Source of the DNA: Patescibacteria group bacterium
GTDB taxonomy: Bacteria; Patescibacteriota; Minisyncoccia; Phycocordibacterales; SIBU01
Assembly: GCA_040390045.1 (NCBI GenBank)
Contig: JAZJZC010000003.1
Location: 115 to 64,114 of the forward strand
Length of the DNA: 64,000 nucleotides
Direction of reading: 5' to 3'
Translations under genes and position numbers: made by a program
Notes under the pieces: generated by a model
Databases searched by the model: none
Seen by the model: the letters and a program-made list of their open reading frames with translations, nothing else
What the model was told of the DNA's origin: nothing
Part shown: positions 55,551 to 64,000 of the stretch, piece by piece
Position numbering within the stretch: the stretch's first letter is position 1
Layout: each line of letters starts with the position of its first letter

Positions 55551-56629
55551 TACAAAAGTTTTTCCTGAGCCGAAGATTTATTTTTAATTTTAAGGTGTCC
55601 GTAAGCTTTCGCTGTGGCAGTCCGGCCGCGTGGAGTTCGCTCGATAAGGCCGAGCTGAAGCAGGTAGGGTTCGTTGACTTCCTCGATAGTGGCTTGTTCT
55701 TCGGAGAGCGCGGCGGCGAGGGTATTAAGTCCCACTGGTCCACCATCAAATTTTTCGATAAGGGTATTTAAAAGAGAGCGATCAGAATGCCCGAGACCGA
55801 GTTCGTCAATGCCGAGAAGGGCCAGTGCTTTGTCCACAATGTCTTTAGATAATTTTCCTTTATTCACTTGCGCAAAATCTCTCGCCCGCTTCAAAAGATA
55901 GTTGGCGGTTCGCGGCGTGAAGCGGCTGCGTTTGGCAATTTCTGCTCCAGCCAATTTTTCTACCTCAACTCCTAAAATTTTGGCAGACCGGCGCACGATT
56001 TCTTCGATCTCTTCGTTTGAATAAAATTCCAAACGGAAAACGCCACCACCAAAGCGTGAACGTAATGGTGAAGAGAGAAGTGCGATGCGTGTAGTTGCGG
56101 CAATGAGGGTAAACGGCGGTAGTTCAAGCTGAATGGTTCGAGCTGAAGGACCTTTGCCGATAATAATGTCGAGCTGACCCGACTCCATGGCAGGGTAGAG
56201 GACTTCTTCGATAGCTTTATTGAGTCGATGAATTTCATCGATGAACAAAATGTCGCCTGGAGCGAGGTTGGTGAGTACCGAGGCAAGATCGCCCACCTTT
56301 TCAATGGCAGGTCCCGAAGTAATTTTGATTTGAGCACCGATTTCTTTAGCGATTAGGTGAGCGAGGGTGGTTTTTCCGAGCCCCGGGGGTCCATAAAAGA
56401 GCAAATGTTCCGGCGGATGCTTCCGTTCGGCGGCAGCAGTGAGCAAAATCCTCAAGTTTTCCTTGATATTTTTTTGCCCAATGTAATCTTCCCACAAACT
56501 CGGTCTTAGAGCCTGATCAAGAAAGATTTCTTCTTCCACTAAAACTTCCTTTTTACCCTTATTGTTAGGGCTATTTTCCTCTTCCTGCGAGCCAGGTTGT
56601 GTAAGTTTATTTACGGAACTTCTTGACAT
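55550..56629 (-). CDS. ruvB: Holliday junction branch migration ATPase RuvB
   Basis: Walker [18 protein letters not shown], Walker [12 protein letters not shown]-terminal winged helix. Confidence 0.95.
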   Translation of the reverse strand: MSRSSVNKLTQPGSQEEENSPNNKGKKEVLVEEEIFLDQALRPSLWEDYIGQKNIKENLRILLTAAAERKHPPEHLLFYGPPGLGKTTLAHLIAKEIGAQIKITSGPAIEKVGDLASVLTNLAPGDILFIDEIHRLNKAIEEVLYPAMESGQLDIIIGKGPSARTIQLELPPFTLIAATTRIALLSSPLRSRFGGGVFRLEFYSNEEIEEIVRRSAKILGVEVEKLAGAEIAKRSRFTPRTANYLLKRARDFAQVNKGKLSKDIVDKALALLGIDELGLGHSDRSLLNTLIEKFDGGPVGLNTLAAALSEEQATIEEVNEPYLLQLGLIERTPRGRTATAKAYGHLKIKNKSSAQEKLL

Positions 56630-56747
56630 AAAAACGTTTGTGTGCTAAATTCTTGTCAGTTAGTTGATAGAGGTAATGACGTACGCGGCTCCGCGTATTT
56701 TTTGTTGTAAACAAAGGATCGAAATATTTTCCTTCCAACGTATAAAT

Positions 56748-56886
56748 CTCTAAGCAATTAGGCCTCCGGGCTTCACTAATATTTTTTTGAGGACGTTCTG
56801 GTTATCACTTCGGTGGTTTGCTGGTGCTATCCTTGGGGATATATTTAACTTTTAGTACGCATATTAAAAGTATTGCTTAGAGATTT
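56748..56886 (+). ncRNA. Candidate structured RNA element (unassigned) in the pilB-ruvB spacer
   Basis: Perfect 14-bp long-range inverted repeat AATCTCTAAGCAAT…ATTGCTTAGAGATT enclosing nested hairpins, including a cUUCGg tetraloop (ATCACttcgGTGGT) and a 7-bp hairpin ACTTTTA…TAAAAGT. Confidence 0.3.
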
Positions 56887-57094
56887 ATGTTTTGGAAGGT
56901 AGGACTTATGATTTTGGCGCATTTCTTTGTCGCCAGCTCCGTTTGCTCCTGCAACGTATGAGAATACGTTTTAGTCGCAAGCCTCGCTGCTTCTCGAACT
57001 GCATCCAAAATCCCAAGTCCACATTTCTAGTCCTATAGTACCGCCCGAAAATTCTAAAGGCAATCGTTTTCACACTTTTCAACAGGAAAAAACA

Positions 57095-57160
57095 AAAAAG
57101 CAAGACCCGTTCAAAGAAAGTCCCCCGCAACTTCGGAAGTTGCGGGGGACTTTCCGTTTT
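57095..57160. terminator. Bidirectional intrinsic terminator downstream of pilB
   Basis: GAAAGTCCCCCGCAACTTC gga AGTTGCGGGGGACTTTC flanked by A-run (5') and T-run (3'). Confidence 0.75.
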
Positions 57161-57368
57161 CCTACCCAGAATTTTCTGAAATTCTGGGTATTCCAGCGAG
57201 GGTGGTTTTGGAAAATATATTGCGAAAGGCGATATGAAAATCAGGGAGCTGGATAGAAAAACGAAGTTGGCCGCAGGAGCAAGGCGACCTATGAGTTTTT
57301 CGTTATGAGGCGACTATGATTTTCATTTCGTCGAAGCACGTATTTTCCAAAACTACCCGAGCGCCTTT

Positions 57369-59045
57369 TTACTCTTTTTCTAGGTCCACGACGCGTGCAA
57401 GCTCAGTAATTGAAGTTATTCCCGCCAGTATTTTAATGATCCCATCTTGTTTCATTGTTGGAATTTTTTGAGGCAGGGCAGCTTTTTGGATTTCGCGTTC
57501 CGAAGGACTTTCACGAATGACTGTTTCAATAGCTTCGTCCATCAAAATCGCTTCGTATACACCAACGCGTCCTTTGTAGCCCGTGTGATTACAGATGTCA
57601 CAACTGCCCTCTACCCACATTTTAGTAGTGTTAGTTATTTCACTCTTATCTTCAATTTCCGCGACAACCTTATCAACAAGCTCTTTGTTTTTTCCTTCAA
57701 TCATCACTTCTTTTTTGCAGTCCTTGCATAGAACGCGCACCAGTCGTTGAGCCATTGAAACGTTAATGGCGGAGGCCATGGTTTTGGGATTCACGCCAAG
57801 GTCAATGAGGCGAGGGAAAGTGCCGGCCGCGGTGTTGGTGTGCAAAGTAGAAAACACTAAGTGACCAGTTTCCGCGGCGTTGACCGCAATTTCGGCTGTT
57901 TCGCTGTCTCGAATTTCACCAACCATGATGATGTCGGGGTCTTGTCGGAGTGCGCTGCGCAAACCTTCGAGGAAGGTGTAGCCTTTTTCTGCGTTAGTTT
58001 GAGTTTGGACAATCCCGGGCAAGTGATATTCGATCGGATCTTCAATCGTAATAATTTTAATATCAGGCGTGTGAACTTTTTTGAGAAAGGCATAAAGGGT
58101 CGTGGTTTTTCCGCTTCCTGTCGGACCGGTCGTGAGGATCATACCGTGGGGCTTGCTGATTTCATGTTGCAAAATAGCCAAAAGTTTTGGGTGGATTCCC
58201 AATTGTTCAATTGGAACTGAAATTGATTTTGGATTTAAAATTCTTAACACGATCGATTCGCTATAGGCGCCTGGCAAGAGAGAGGTTCGGATTTCGATAT
58301 CGTCCTCATTTATTTTTACACTAAAACGGCCATCTTGCGCCTCGGCTTTGATGTTCAATTTAATACCCGAAAGCAATTTAATTCGAGAATTGACCAATGC
58401 ATAGGTCGCCTTATCAAATCGTAAGATGTCGTTGAGCACGCCGTCCAAACGGTAGCGAAGGCGAGCGTAATCTTCTTCGGGCTCGATGTGAACATCTGAT
58501 GCTTTGGTGGCGAGCGCACCGGCTAAAATAATTTCAATCATGCGCGAGATGCGATAACTTTTTTTCTCAGCCAAAATTTTTTCAATGAGAGCGCCAATAT
58601 CGCTGATCGAGTGAACGCTTTCCAAAAATTTTCCCATTTCCTCGCTCGACACGTCGAGCGCACCGCCTGTGGATTCGGTTGAATAGGAAAGCTCTTTATA
58701 GTGCGTCCAGGCTTTTTCCAAACCTTCTTTGGTGGTAATAAACAGAACAACTGAAAAGCCGGAGTCGGTGAGAGACTTTGTGACAGATTTTACACCTTCA
58801 GAGTCGAGAGAGGTCGCGGCAAGATGAACTTTCTTGTCGAGAATATTAAAAGCGGCGACATTATTTTCTCTGGCGGTCGCTTCTTTTATTAATTTGAGAG
58901 CGTCAGTATCGATTGGGAAATTCACGAGATTGGCGTATTCAACCCCATGTTGTTCTGCCAATGATCGCGCAAAATCCTCTTCCTCTTTTTTTCGCAATAA
59001 GTCGAGTCTCGCAGTCTGTTTGTCTTCGTCGAAGATGATAGTCAT
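57369..59045 (-). CDS. pilB: Type IV pilus / type II secretion assembly ATPase (PilB/GspE family)
   Basis: N-terminal GspE_N-like region, Walker A TGPTGSGKTTTLYA, Asp and His boxes, C-terminal tetracysteine CDICNHTGYKGR. Confidence 0.9.
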   Translation of the reverse strand: MTIIFDEDKQTARLDLLRKKEEEDFARSLAEQHGVEYANLVNFPIDTDALKLIKEATARENNVAAFNILDKKVHLAATSLDSEGVKSVTKSLTDSGFSVVLFITTKEGLEKAWTHYKELSYSTESTGGALDVSSEEMGKFLESVHSISDIGALIEKILAEKKSYRISRMIEIILAGALATKASDVHIEPEEDYARLRYRLDGVLNDILRFDKATYALVNSRIKLLSGIKLNIKAEAQDGRFSVKINEDDIEIRTSLLPGAYSESIVLRILNPKSISVPIEQLGIHPKLLAILQHEISKPHGMILTTGPTGSGKTTTLYAFLKKVHTPDIKIITIEDPIEYHLPGIVQTQTNAEKGYTFLEGLRSALRQDPDIIMVGEIRDSETAEIAVNAAETGHLVFSTLHTNTAAGTFPRLIDLGVNPKTMASAINVSMAQRLVRVLCKDCKKEVMIEGKNKELVDKVVAEIEDKSEITNTTKMWVEGSCDICNHTGYKGRVGVYEAILMDEAIETVIRESPSEREIQKAALPQKIPTMKQDGIIKILAGITSITELARVVDLEKE

Positions 59046-59117
59046 TGCGATATTCTACCACTGTTTGAGAGTAGGGCACAAACGAAAGGTTCAAAACTGG
59101 GCTTTAAATTAAGGTTT

Positions 59118-59486
59118 TTGAGGAGATTAAAAACCTTGACAGAAATGGTAAATAATGCTATTATTAAAACAGGCATTTTAGATGCTGAAATTCACCACTC
59201 AACTCAGAAATTCTGTCACTCTATGAAAACTAGTCGTTTGTTCTTTGTTGTCGCCATCGCGTTCCTATCAACCTTCCTCACGGGTTGTGTCGTCGCTGTG
59301 CGACCGGGCGTCGTGGTTGATCGGTACTACGATCCAGGCTATGACTACCCCGGTTACCGGGCATATTATCCCGGTGGCGGGTATCGGAGCGCTCCGGTCT
59401 ACGTTCCCCAAACCCAGTGCGCGCCGAGTGGGGGCGTCTCTGCCCCCACCTATACCCCACAAGGGGGCGGCGGGCGACACCACTAA
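59118..59486 (+). CDS. Small secreted/lipoprotein-like Gly/Tyr/Pro-rich protein
   Basis: N-terminal hydrophobic anchor with LTGC lipobox-like; YYDPGYDYPGYRAYYPGGGYRSAP low-complexity. Confidence 0.4.
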   Translation: MRRLKTLTEMVNNAIIKTGILDAEIHHSTQKFCHSMKTSRLFFVVAIAFLSTFLTGCVVAVRPGVVVDRYYDPGYDYPGYRAYYPGGGYRSAPVYVPQTQCAPSGGVSAPTYTPQGGGGRHH

Positions 59487-59565
59487 GAGTGGTGTCAAAA
59501 TTTCACGAAGCGATCTGAGTTTACTCGGATCGCTTTTTTGTTGCTTGTGTTATGATTTTCAAATG

Positions 59566-60009
59566 GAAATAAGTAGTAAATCTTTAGAAGATACTAAGAA
59601 ATTCGCAAAGGATTTTGTGGAGAAAATTTCCACTCTCGAAAAAACTCGCGGCGGCGCAACCGTTGTTGGTTTGTACGGCAATCTCGGTTCGGGTAAAACC
59701 ACCTTTGTGCAATGTGTGGCGGAAATTTTGGGGGTCAAAGAACATTTGACTAGCCCCACTTTCGTTATTCTTAAAAGCTATAAGCTGACAGCTGAGAGCT
59801 TTAAGCTTCTTCACCACATCGACGCGTATAGACTTAAAGACGGAAGAGACTTGTTGAAGCTCAGATTCGACGAGTTGCTCGCTGATCCCAAAAATTTAAT
59901 CTTAATCGAGTGGGCGGATTTGGTGGCGGACATCTTACCCAACGATGTTATCAAACTGCAGTTTGAATTTGTAGACGAAAAAACTCGAAAGATAGAATCA
60001 GGAATATAG
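59566..60009 (+). CDS. tsaE: tRNA threonylcarbamoyladenosine biosynthesis ATPase TsaE
   Basis: P-loop GNLGSGKTTFVQ, HIDAYRL motif; the ORF-track N-terminal extension (59245) overlaps another gene and was trimmed to MEISSKSL. Confidence 0.7.
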   Translation, partial: EISSKSLEDTKKFAKDFVEKISTLEKTRGGATVVGLYGNLGSGKTTFVQCVAEILGVKEHLTSPTFVILKSYKLTAESFKLLHHIDAYRLKDGRDLLKLRFDELLADPKNLILIEWADLVADILPNDVIKLQFEFVDEKTRKIESGI

Positions 60010-60028
60010 TACGAATTCGCGGCTCTCT

Positions 60029-60304
60029 TTAGAGATAGCGGCCAAAAGTTTTCTCAATATGATCAAAGTGAGAGTTGTCGAAGCGATGTTCACCCATGTG
60101 TTCTTCTTTGAGGCGCTCAATACCTTTTTTAAATTCATGCTGGCTGATGCCTTTTCCAAAACCTCCTTCTTCAAGGTCACCACCGAAAGTGCTCCGCACT
60201 TTATTTATTTGATGATCAGAAAAACCCGCACTCTCTTTTAAATCATAGAGAGCTTTGTGGAATTCATGTTGCGAAATTCTATTGCCGTCTGCAAAAAATG
60301 CCAT
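60029..60304 (-). CDS. Hypothetical small protein with duplicated ISQHEFxK motif
   Basis: 91-aa ORF; internal repeat …RISQHEFHKALYDLKE… / …GISQHEFKKGIERLKE…. Confidence 0.35.
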   Translation of the reverse strand: MAFFADGNRISQHEFHKALYDLKESAGFSDHQINKVRSTFGGDLEEGGFGKGISQHEFKKGIERLKEEHMGEHRFDNSHFDHIEKTFGRYL

Positions 60305-60518
60305 ACATTTTTAGTTACTTAATAATTTCTAAAGCTATGTACAATTATAAACCTTTGTAAAATTTTGGTATAGACCTCAATATTGTAACTGAGCCTTTAA
60401 AATAATTTGACATTTAATCCGGGACGTGTAATTTTGAGGTCAGATTACCGAAACGGTTCACGGGGTCTCCTCGTCGCGTCATTGGCGACAAGAGCGCCTT
60501 ACAGGGCCAGATTCTCTG

Positions 60519-61274
60519 TTGTGGAGAATGCGGTTGAACCTTAAAATCGTTCCAAGTGGAACAAAACCTTACAGGGTTTATATGAAAATAGAAGAAAAGT
60601 TGTTGCGAAGAATTGTGTCTGAGATTAGCAATCCCACTGTGTTGGGCAGAGTGATACAGATCTGTCTTAGTGACACACCTAACCAAAAACAGAATGTTCG
60701 AAAGGACGAGCAATTTGTTCGTATGCATCAATTGGACAGCTTCTCTAATGTGTGTGCCATTGACGTGGCGCCGGCAGTTGCCTTTTTTGTTTCGCTTAAC
60801 GCGGAAACGGCAACCGAAATTGCTTTGGCCATGCGAGGTGTCCCAAAAGTAGAAGGGGGTCAAGCGCGCTGGACACGATTTGTTGAATTTCAACGCGGTT
60901 TTTTTCTCGGGTTTCTGAGGGGGGTAGCCAGATCGGAAGGATATACCGAGGAAACCCTACGCCAACTTGGTGGTTATTATTCTGACATTGTGGCGCATGA
61001 ATTCTCTGGAGAAGCGGAATCGAGCGCCTATGCCGGGGATCTTTCAAATGCAATTGGGTTAGTTTCAGCCAAGAGTTTTCCTTTTGTCGACCAGTTCATG
61101 AGCGACAGGGCTCAAAGGGATATTTCGGTCAGACCCATTGGCTTAAGAATTTTCGAAGGTTTTCTGCATGCCGAGGTGCATCAACACCAAAGCCTTAGGG
61201 CAAAAATTGATCTATGGCCAAAGCTTTCGTCAGGTAGAGGTACCCTGTTGGTTGGATCAACCAAGCACCCTTAA
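60519..61274 (+). CDS. Hypothetical protein
   Basis: 251-aa ORF (alternative start MKIEEKLL at ~60583); no recognisable motif. Confidence 0.4.
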   Translation: MWRMRLNLKIVPSGTKPYRVYMKIEEKLLRRIVSEISNPTVLGRVIQICLSDTPNQKQNVRKDEQFVRMHQLDSFSNVCAIDVAPAVAFFVSLNAETATEIALAMRGVPKVEGGQARWTRFVEFQRGFFLGFLRGVARSEGYTEETLRQLGGYYSDIVAHEFSGEAESSAYAGDLSNAIGLVSAKSFPFVDQFMSDRAQRDISVRPIGLRIFEGFLHAEVHQHQSLRAKIDLWPKLSSGRGTLLVGSTKHP

Positions 61275-61375
61275 GTTTATCGAGTCGCCGGAGAATATTT
61301 TCTCCGGCTTTTTCTTTGGGTGGGAAATGCTAGAATGGGTAATAAAGTTAAAATTAAAAGCTAAGAGTTAAAAAT

Positions 61376-63919
61376 TTGAATCCTGAATCCAAAAAGAAAC
61401 GTTTAGTTTTGCTCGACGCTCACGCCATCTTGCATCGTGCCTACCACGCGCTGCCGGATTTTTCTTCGAGTAAGGGAATTCCCACGGGAGCTTTGTACGG
61501 GCTTTCGAGCATGCTCATTAAAATTATTACTGATTTAAAACCGGACTATCTTGTAGCGGCGTATGATTTGCCGAAGCCGACCTATCGTCACGAGGCGTAC
61601 AAAGAATACAAAGCAGGACGCGCTAAGGCCGATCCGGAACTGGTGTCGCAGATGAAAAGTTCTCGCGATGTGTTTGAAGCATTTTCTATTCCGATGTATG
61701 ACAAGGAGGGATTTGAGGCGGATGATGTGCTGGGAACCATTGTGGAGAAGGTAAAACAGGGTCTAGGGTCTAGGGTAGAGGGTAAAGAAAAAGAAAAAAA
61801 TTCAAAAACTTCTAAACCCTTTCTCCTAAACCCTAACCCCTTCGATCTCGATATCATCATCGCTTCGGGAGACATGGACACCCTTCAACTTGTGGATGAT
61901 AAAAAAGTGCAGGTGTATACATTGAAGAAGGGAATTCAGGATACGATTTTATACGATGAGGAAGCGGTGGTGAAGCGGTTTGGTTTTGTGCCAAAACTTT
62001 TGCCGGATTACAAAGGTCTGCGAGGCGATCCGTCGGACAATATTATCGGCATCAAGGGAATTGGAGAAAAAACTGGCGGGATTTTGATCAGCAAATTCGG
62101 CACGATTGAGGATATTTATAAAAAATTAAAAAAAGATACGAAAGAATTTAAAAAAGCTGGACTGACAGATCGGATCATCGGACTTTTGAAGGATAATGAA
62201 GAGGAGGCGTTGTTTAGCAAAATGTTGGCGACTATTCGAAGGGATGCGCCGATAGATTTCGTGTTGCCTGAGAAAACGTGGAGAGAAACGCTTGATATGG
62301 GAAAAGTAAATAAAATGTTTGCTGAGTTTGAGTTTAGGAATTTGGGACCGAGGTTCGCGCAAGCTTTGATGGGGAAGGGTCCGGCATCTCCGTCGGAACT
62401 TCGAGCGGCGGGCGCCGGAGGAACTCCAGCTCCCGATGCTGGCCAAGGGATGTTTTCCAGTATGGTGAGTGTTGAAAGCGTTGATCCAAAAATTTTAGCT
62501 GAAACTTCTGTGGCGCTTTGGTTGGTTAATTCCAACATTACCAATCCGCAACTTTCAGATATTTTAAATTTCAGTGGGGCGACAACGTTTGACGAAGCTC
62601 GCGTGGCAATTTTTAAACGTTTGTCGGAATTAAAATTGGATTTTGTTTTTGAGAGTATTGAAAAACCACTTTTGCCGATTGTGCGCGCCATGAAAGAGCG
62701 AGGGATTAGCATCGACAAAGATTGTTTGAAAAAACTTTCCAAGGAGTACCATCACGAATTGAATTCGCTCGAGAAAAAAATTTGGAAATTAGCTGGTGAA
62801 GAATTTAACGTGGCATCGCCCAAACAGCTCGGGGTAATTCTTTTTGAAAAGCTCGGTCTGAAGGCTAAAAATCAGAAGAAAACTGGCAGTGGCGCGCTTT
62901 CCACCAAAGAATCTGAGCTTGAGAAGTTGCGCGAGAGTCATCCGATTATCACCTTGATTTTGGAGTATCGCGAGTTGGCGAAATTGCTCGGCACCTACAT
63001 CGACACCATTCCTGACATGGTTGGCGCTGACGGGAAACTGCACGCTCAATTTTTGCAATCGGGAACGACGACCGGGCGTATGGGTTGTGAAGATCCAAAT
63101 TTGCAAAACATTCCCAATAAAACCGAACTCGGCCGAGCGATTAGGCATGCATTTGTGGCCACACCCAAATTTAGTTTGGTAGCATTTGATTATTCTCAAA
63201 TTGAACTTCGCATCGCGGCTTTTTTGTCGGGTGACAAGAAACTGATCGAGATTTTCAAAAACGGTGAGGATGTTCACACGGCTGTAGCTTCGGAAGTGTT
63301 TGGAGTTTCGCCTGCCGATGTGAAGCCTGACATGAGACGAAAAGCCAAGGTAATTAATTTCGGCGTGATGTACGGCATGGGAGTCAATGCATTGCGGGCA
63401 AATCTCGGTGGCAACCCTTCAACCGGCTCAGGGCAAGCGACACGAGAAGAATCGCAGAAATTTTATAATGATTATTTTGAAAAGTTTTCGGGCCTAGCGA
63501 AGTATCTCGATTCTGTTAAAGCTCAAACCGCACGGACAGGTTTTACCGAAACTTTTTTTGGCAGGAGACGTTATTTCCCTGGCATTACTTCAAAAATTCC
63601 GTTCATCCGCGCTTCAGCAGAACGCATGGCGATCAATGCGCCGATTCAGGGAACTGAGGCAGATATTATTAAAATTGCCATGGTTCGAGCTGATGAGTTA
63701 ATCAAATCGTCCGGACTTTCTGAGAAAGCCTATCTTCTGCTTCAGGTGCACGACGAATTGGTGTACGAAGTTGAAACTTCGCAGGTAGAAAAATTTATTG
63801 AAAAAGTGAAACCGATTATGGAGTTGGTTATTCCACCGGAAAAAATTAGCGACATTGTCTGTAAGGTGGAAGCAAAGGTGGGTGAGAATTGGGGGGAGAT
63901 GAAGAAGCTTGAAGCTTAA
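61376..63919 (+). CDS. polA: DNA polymerase I (5'-3' exonuclease + polymerase domains; 3'-5' exo region degenerate)
   Basis: N-terminal 5' nuclease motifs (LLDAHAILHRAYHALP, DDVLGTIV, GDMDTLQLV), polymerase motifs A (LVAFDYSQIELRIAAFLS) and B (RRKAKVINFGVMYGM), HDE near the C-terminus. Confidence 0.95.
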   Translation: MNPESKKKRLVLLDAHAILHRAYHALPDFSSSKGIPTGALYGLSSMLIKIITDLKPDYLVAAYDLPKPTYRHEAYKEYKAGRAKADPELVSQMKSSRDVFEAFSIPMYDKEGFEADDVLGTIVEKVKQGLGSRVEGKEKEKNSKTSKPFLLNPNPFDLDIIIASGDMDTLQLVDDKKVQVYTLKKGIQDTILYDEEAVVKRFGFVPKLLPDYKGLRGDPSDNIIGIKGIGEKTGGILISKFGTIEDIYKKLKKDTKEFKKAGLTDRIIGLLKDNEEEALFSKMLATIRRDAPIDFVLPEKTWRETLDMGKVNKMFAEFEFRNLGPRFAQALMGKGPASPSELRAAGAGGTPAPDAGQGMFSSMVSVESVDPKILAETSVALWLVNSNITNPQLSDILNFSGATTFDEARVAIFKRLSELKLDFVFESIEKPLLPIVRAMKERGISIDKDCLKKLSKEYHHELNSLEKKIWKLAGEEFNVASPKQLGVILFEKLGLKAKNQKKTGSGALSTKESELEKLRESHPIITLILEYRELAKLLGTYIDTIPDMVGADGKLHAQFLQSGTTTGRMGCEDPNLQNIPNKTELGRAIRHAFVATPKFSLVAFDYSQIELRIAAFLSGDKKLIEIFKNGEDVHTAVASEVFGVSPADVKPDMRRKAKVINFGVMYGMGVNALRANLGGNPSTGSGQATREESQKFYNDYFEKFSGLAKYLDSVKAQTARTGFTETFFGRRRYFPGITSKIPFIRASAERMAINAPIQGTEADIIKIAMVRADELIKSSGLSEKAYLLLQVHDELVYEVETSQVEKFIEKVKPIMELVIPPEKISDIVCKVEAKVGENWGEMKKLEA
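61758..61840. repeat. In-frame 83-bp palindromic element (GGGTYTAGGG TIR family) inserted within the polA 5'-nuclease domain
   Basis: AGGGTCTAGGGTCTAGGGTAGAGGGTA … TAAACCCTTTCTCCTAAACCCTAACCCC; encodes LGSRVEGKEKEKNSKTSKPFLLNPNPF between conserved DDVLGTIV…KQG and DLDIIIASGDMD. Confidence 0.6.
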
Positions 63920-64000
63920 AGCTGGTAGCTGTCAGCTTAAAAAAATTTGCGTTTTGAAACAAAGAGGGGTAGTTTATACTTCAGATAGATAGAAGGAGGA

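Noticed and set aside
56906-57130. 74-aa minus-strand ORF in the pilB-ruvB spacer
   Set aside because: It overlaps the strong bidirectional terminator hairpin, has a Phe/Arg-rich aberrant composition and no start context. More likely non-coding.
57113-57130. GAAAGTCCCCCGC resembling the RNase P RNA P4 strand GGAAAGUCCGGGC
   Set aside because: The sequence is one arm of a perfect local hairpin with flanking A/T runs (a classic intrinsic terminator), not a long-range P4 pseudoknot strand.
59245-59565. N-terminal 107-aa extension of the tsaE ORF
   Set aside because: The extension overlaps the separately supported 59118-59486 gene in another frame and has low-complexity Ser/Pro/Gly composition. 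The conserved TsaE domain begins at MEISSKSL (59566).

Overview
This ~40% GC window has the gene content of a reduced-genome Patescibacteria/CPR-type bacterium (inference from composition and gene set only). It holds a core housekeeping backbone: pnp, comM, uvrD/pcrA-like helicase, rsmA, the chromosomal origin block yidC-jag-rnpA-rpmH | dnaA-dnaN-DUF721, PBP1A, tyrS, ruvC, yebC, ruvB, pilB, tsaE and polA. Three accessory regions interrupt it.

1. A ~17 kb plus-strand cluster (18.4-35.0 kb) encodes a Gram-positive-style type IV secretion-like apparatus. It has a VirB4 ATPase split into two ORFs, a PrgI-like 2-TM protein, a giant VirB6/TrbL-like polytopic protein, a VirB2-like pilin candidate and large secreted proteins. 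No VirD4 or relaxase is present.

2. At least three families of small palindromic / TIR-bounded elements are present. One (GGGTTTAGGG-type TIRs) carries a four-helix-bundle 'rRNA-IVS' protein gene, and a cargo-less copy is inserted in-frame in polA. One (GATACGAAAATAC TIRs) carries a GxxExxY PD-(D/E)xK-like gene between the prgI-like and virB4 genes; a 140-bp cargo-less MITE copy fills a stop-to-stop gap, and a degenerate copy sits between rpmH and rnpA. The third family abuts the stop codons of pnp and the dksA-like gene.

3. A ~5.3 kb compositionally foreign (~60% GC) island lies between a TrmB-like regulator and ruvB. It encodes an NDK homolog and five proteins I cannot assign. Its intergenic spaces carry perfect GGAGAA..TTGGTTAA..TTCTCC hairpins with compensatory stem changes.

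No rRNA, tRNA or CRISPR array could be supported. Several candidate terminators, a candidate oriC (rpmH-dnaA and dnaA-dnaN spacers) and one candidate structured RNA are noted. All calls are from reading the sequence and ORF translations; no database search was run.
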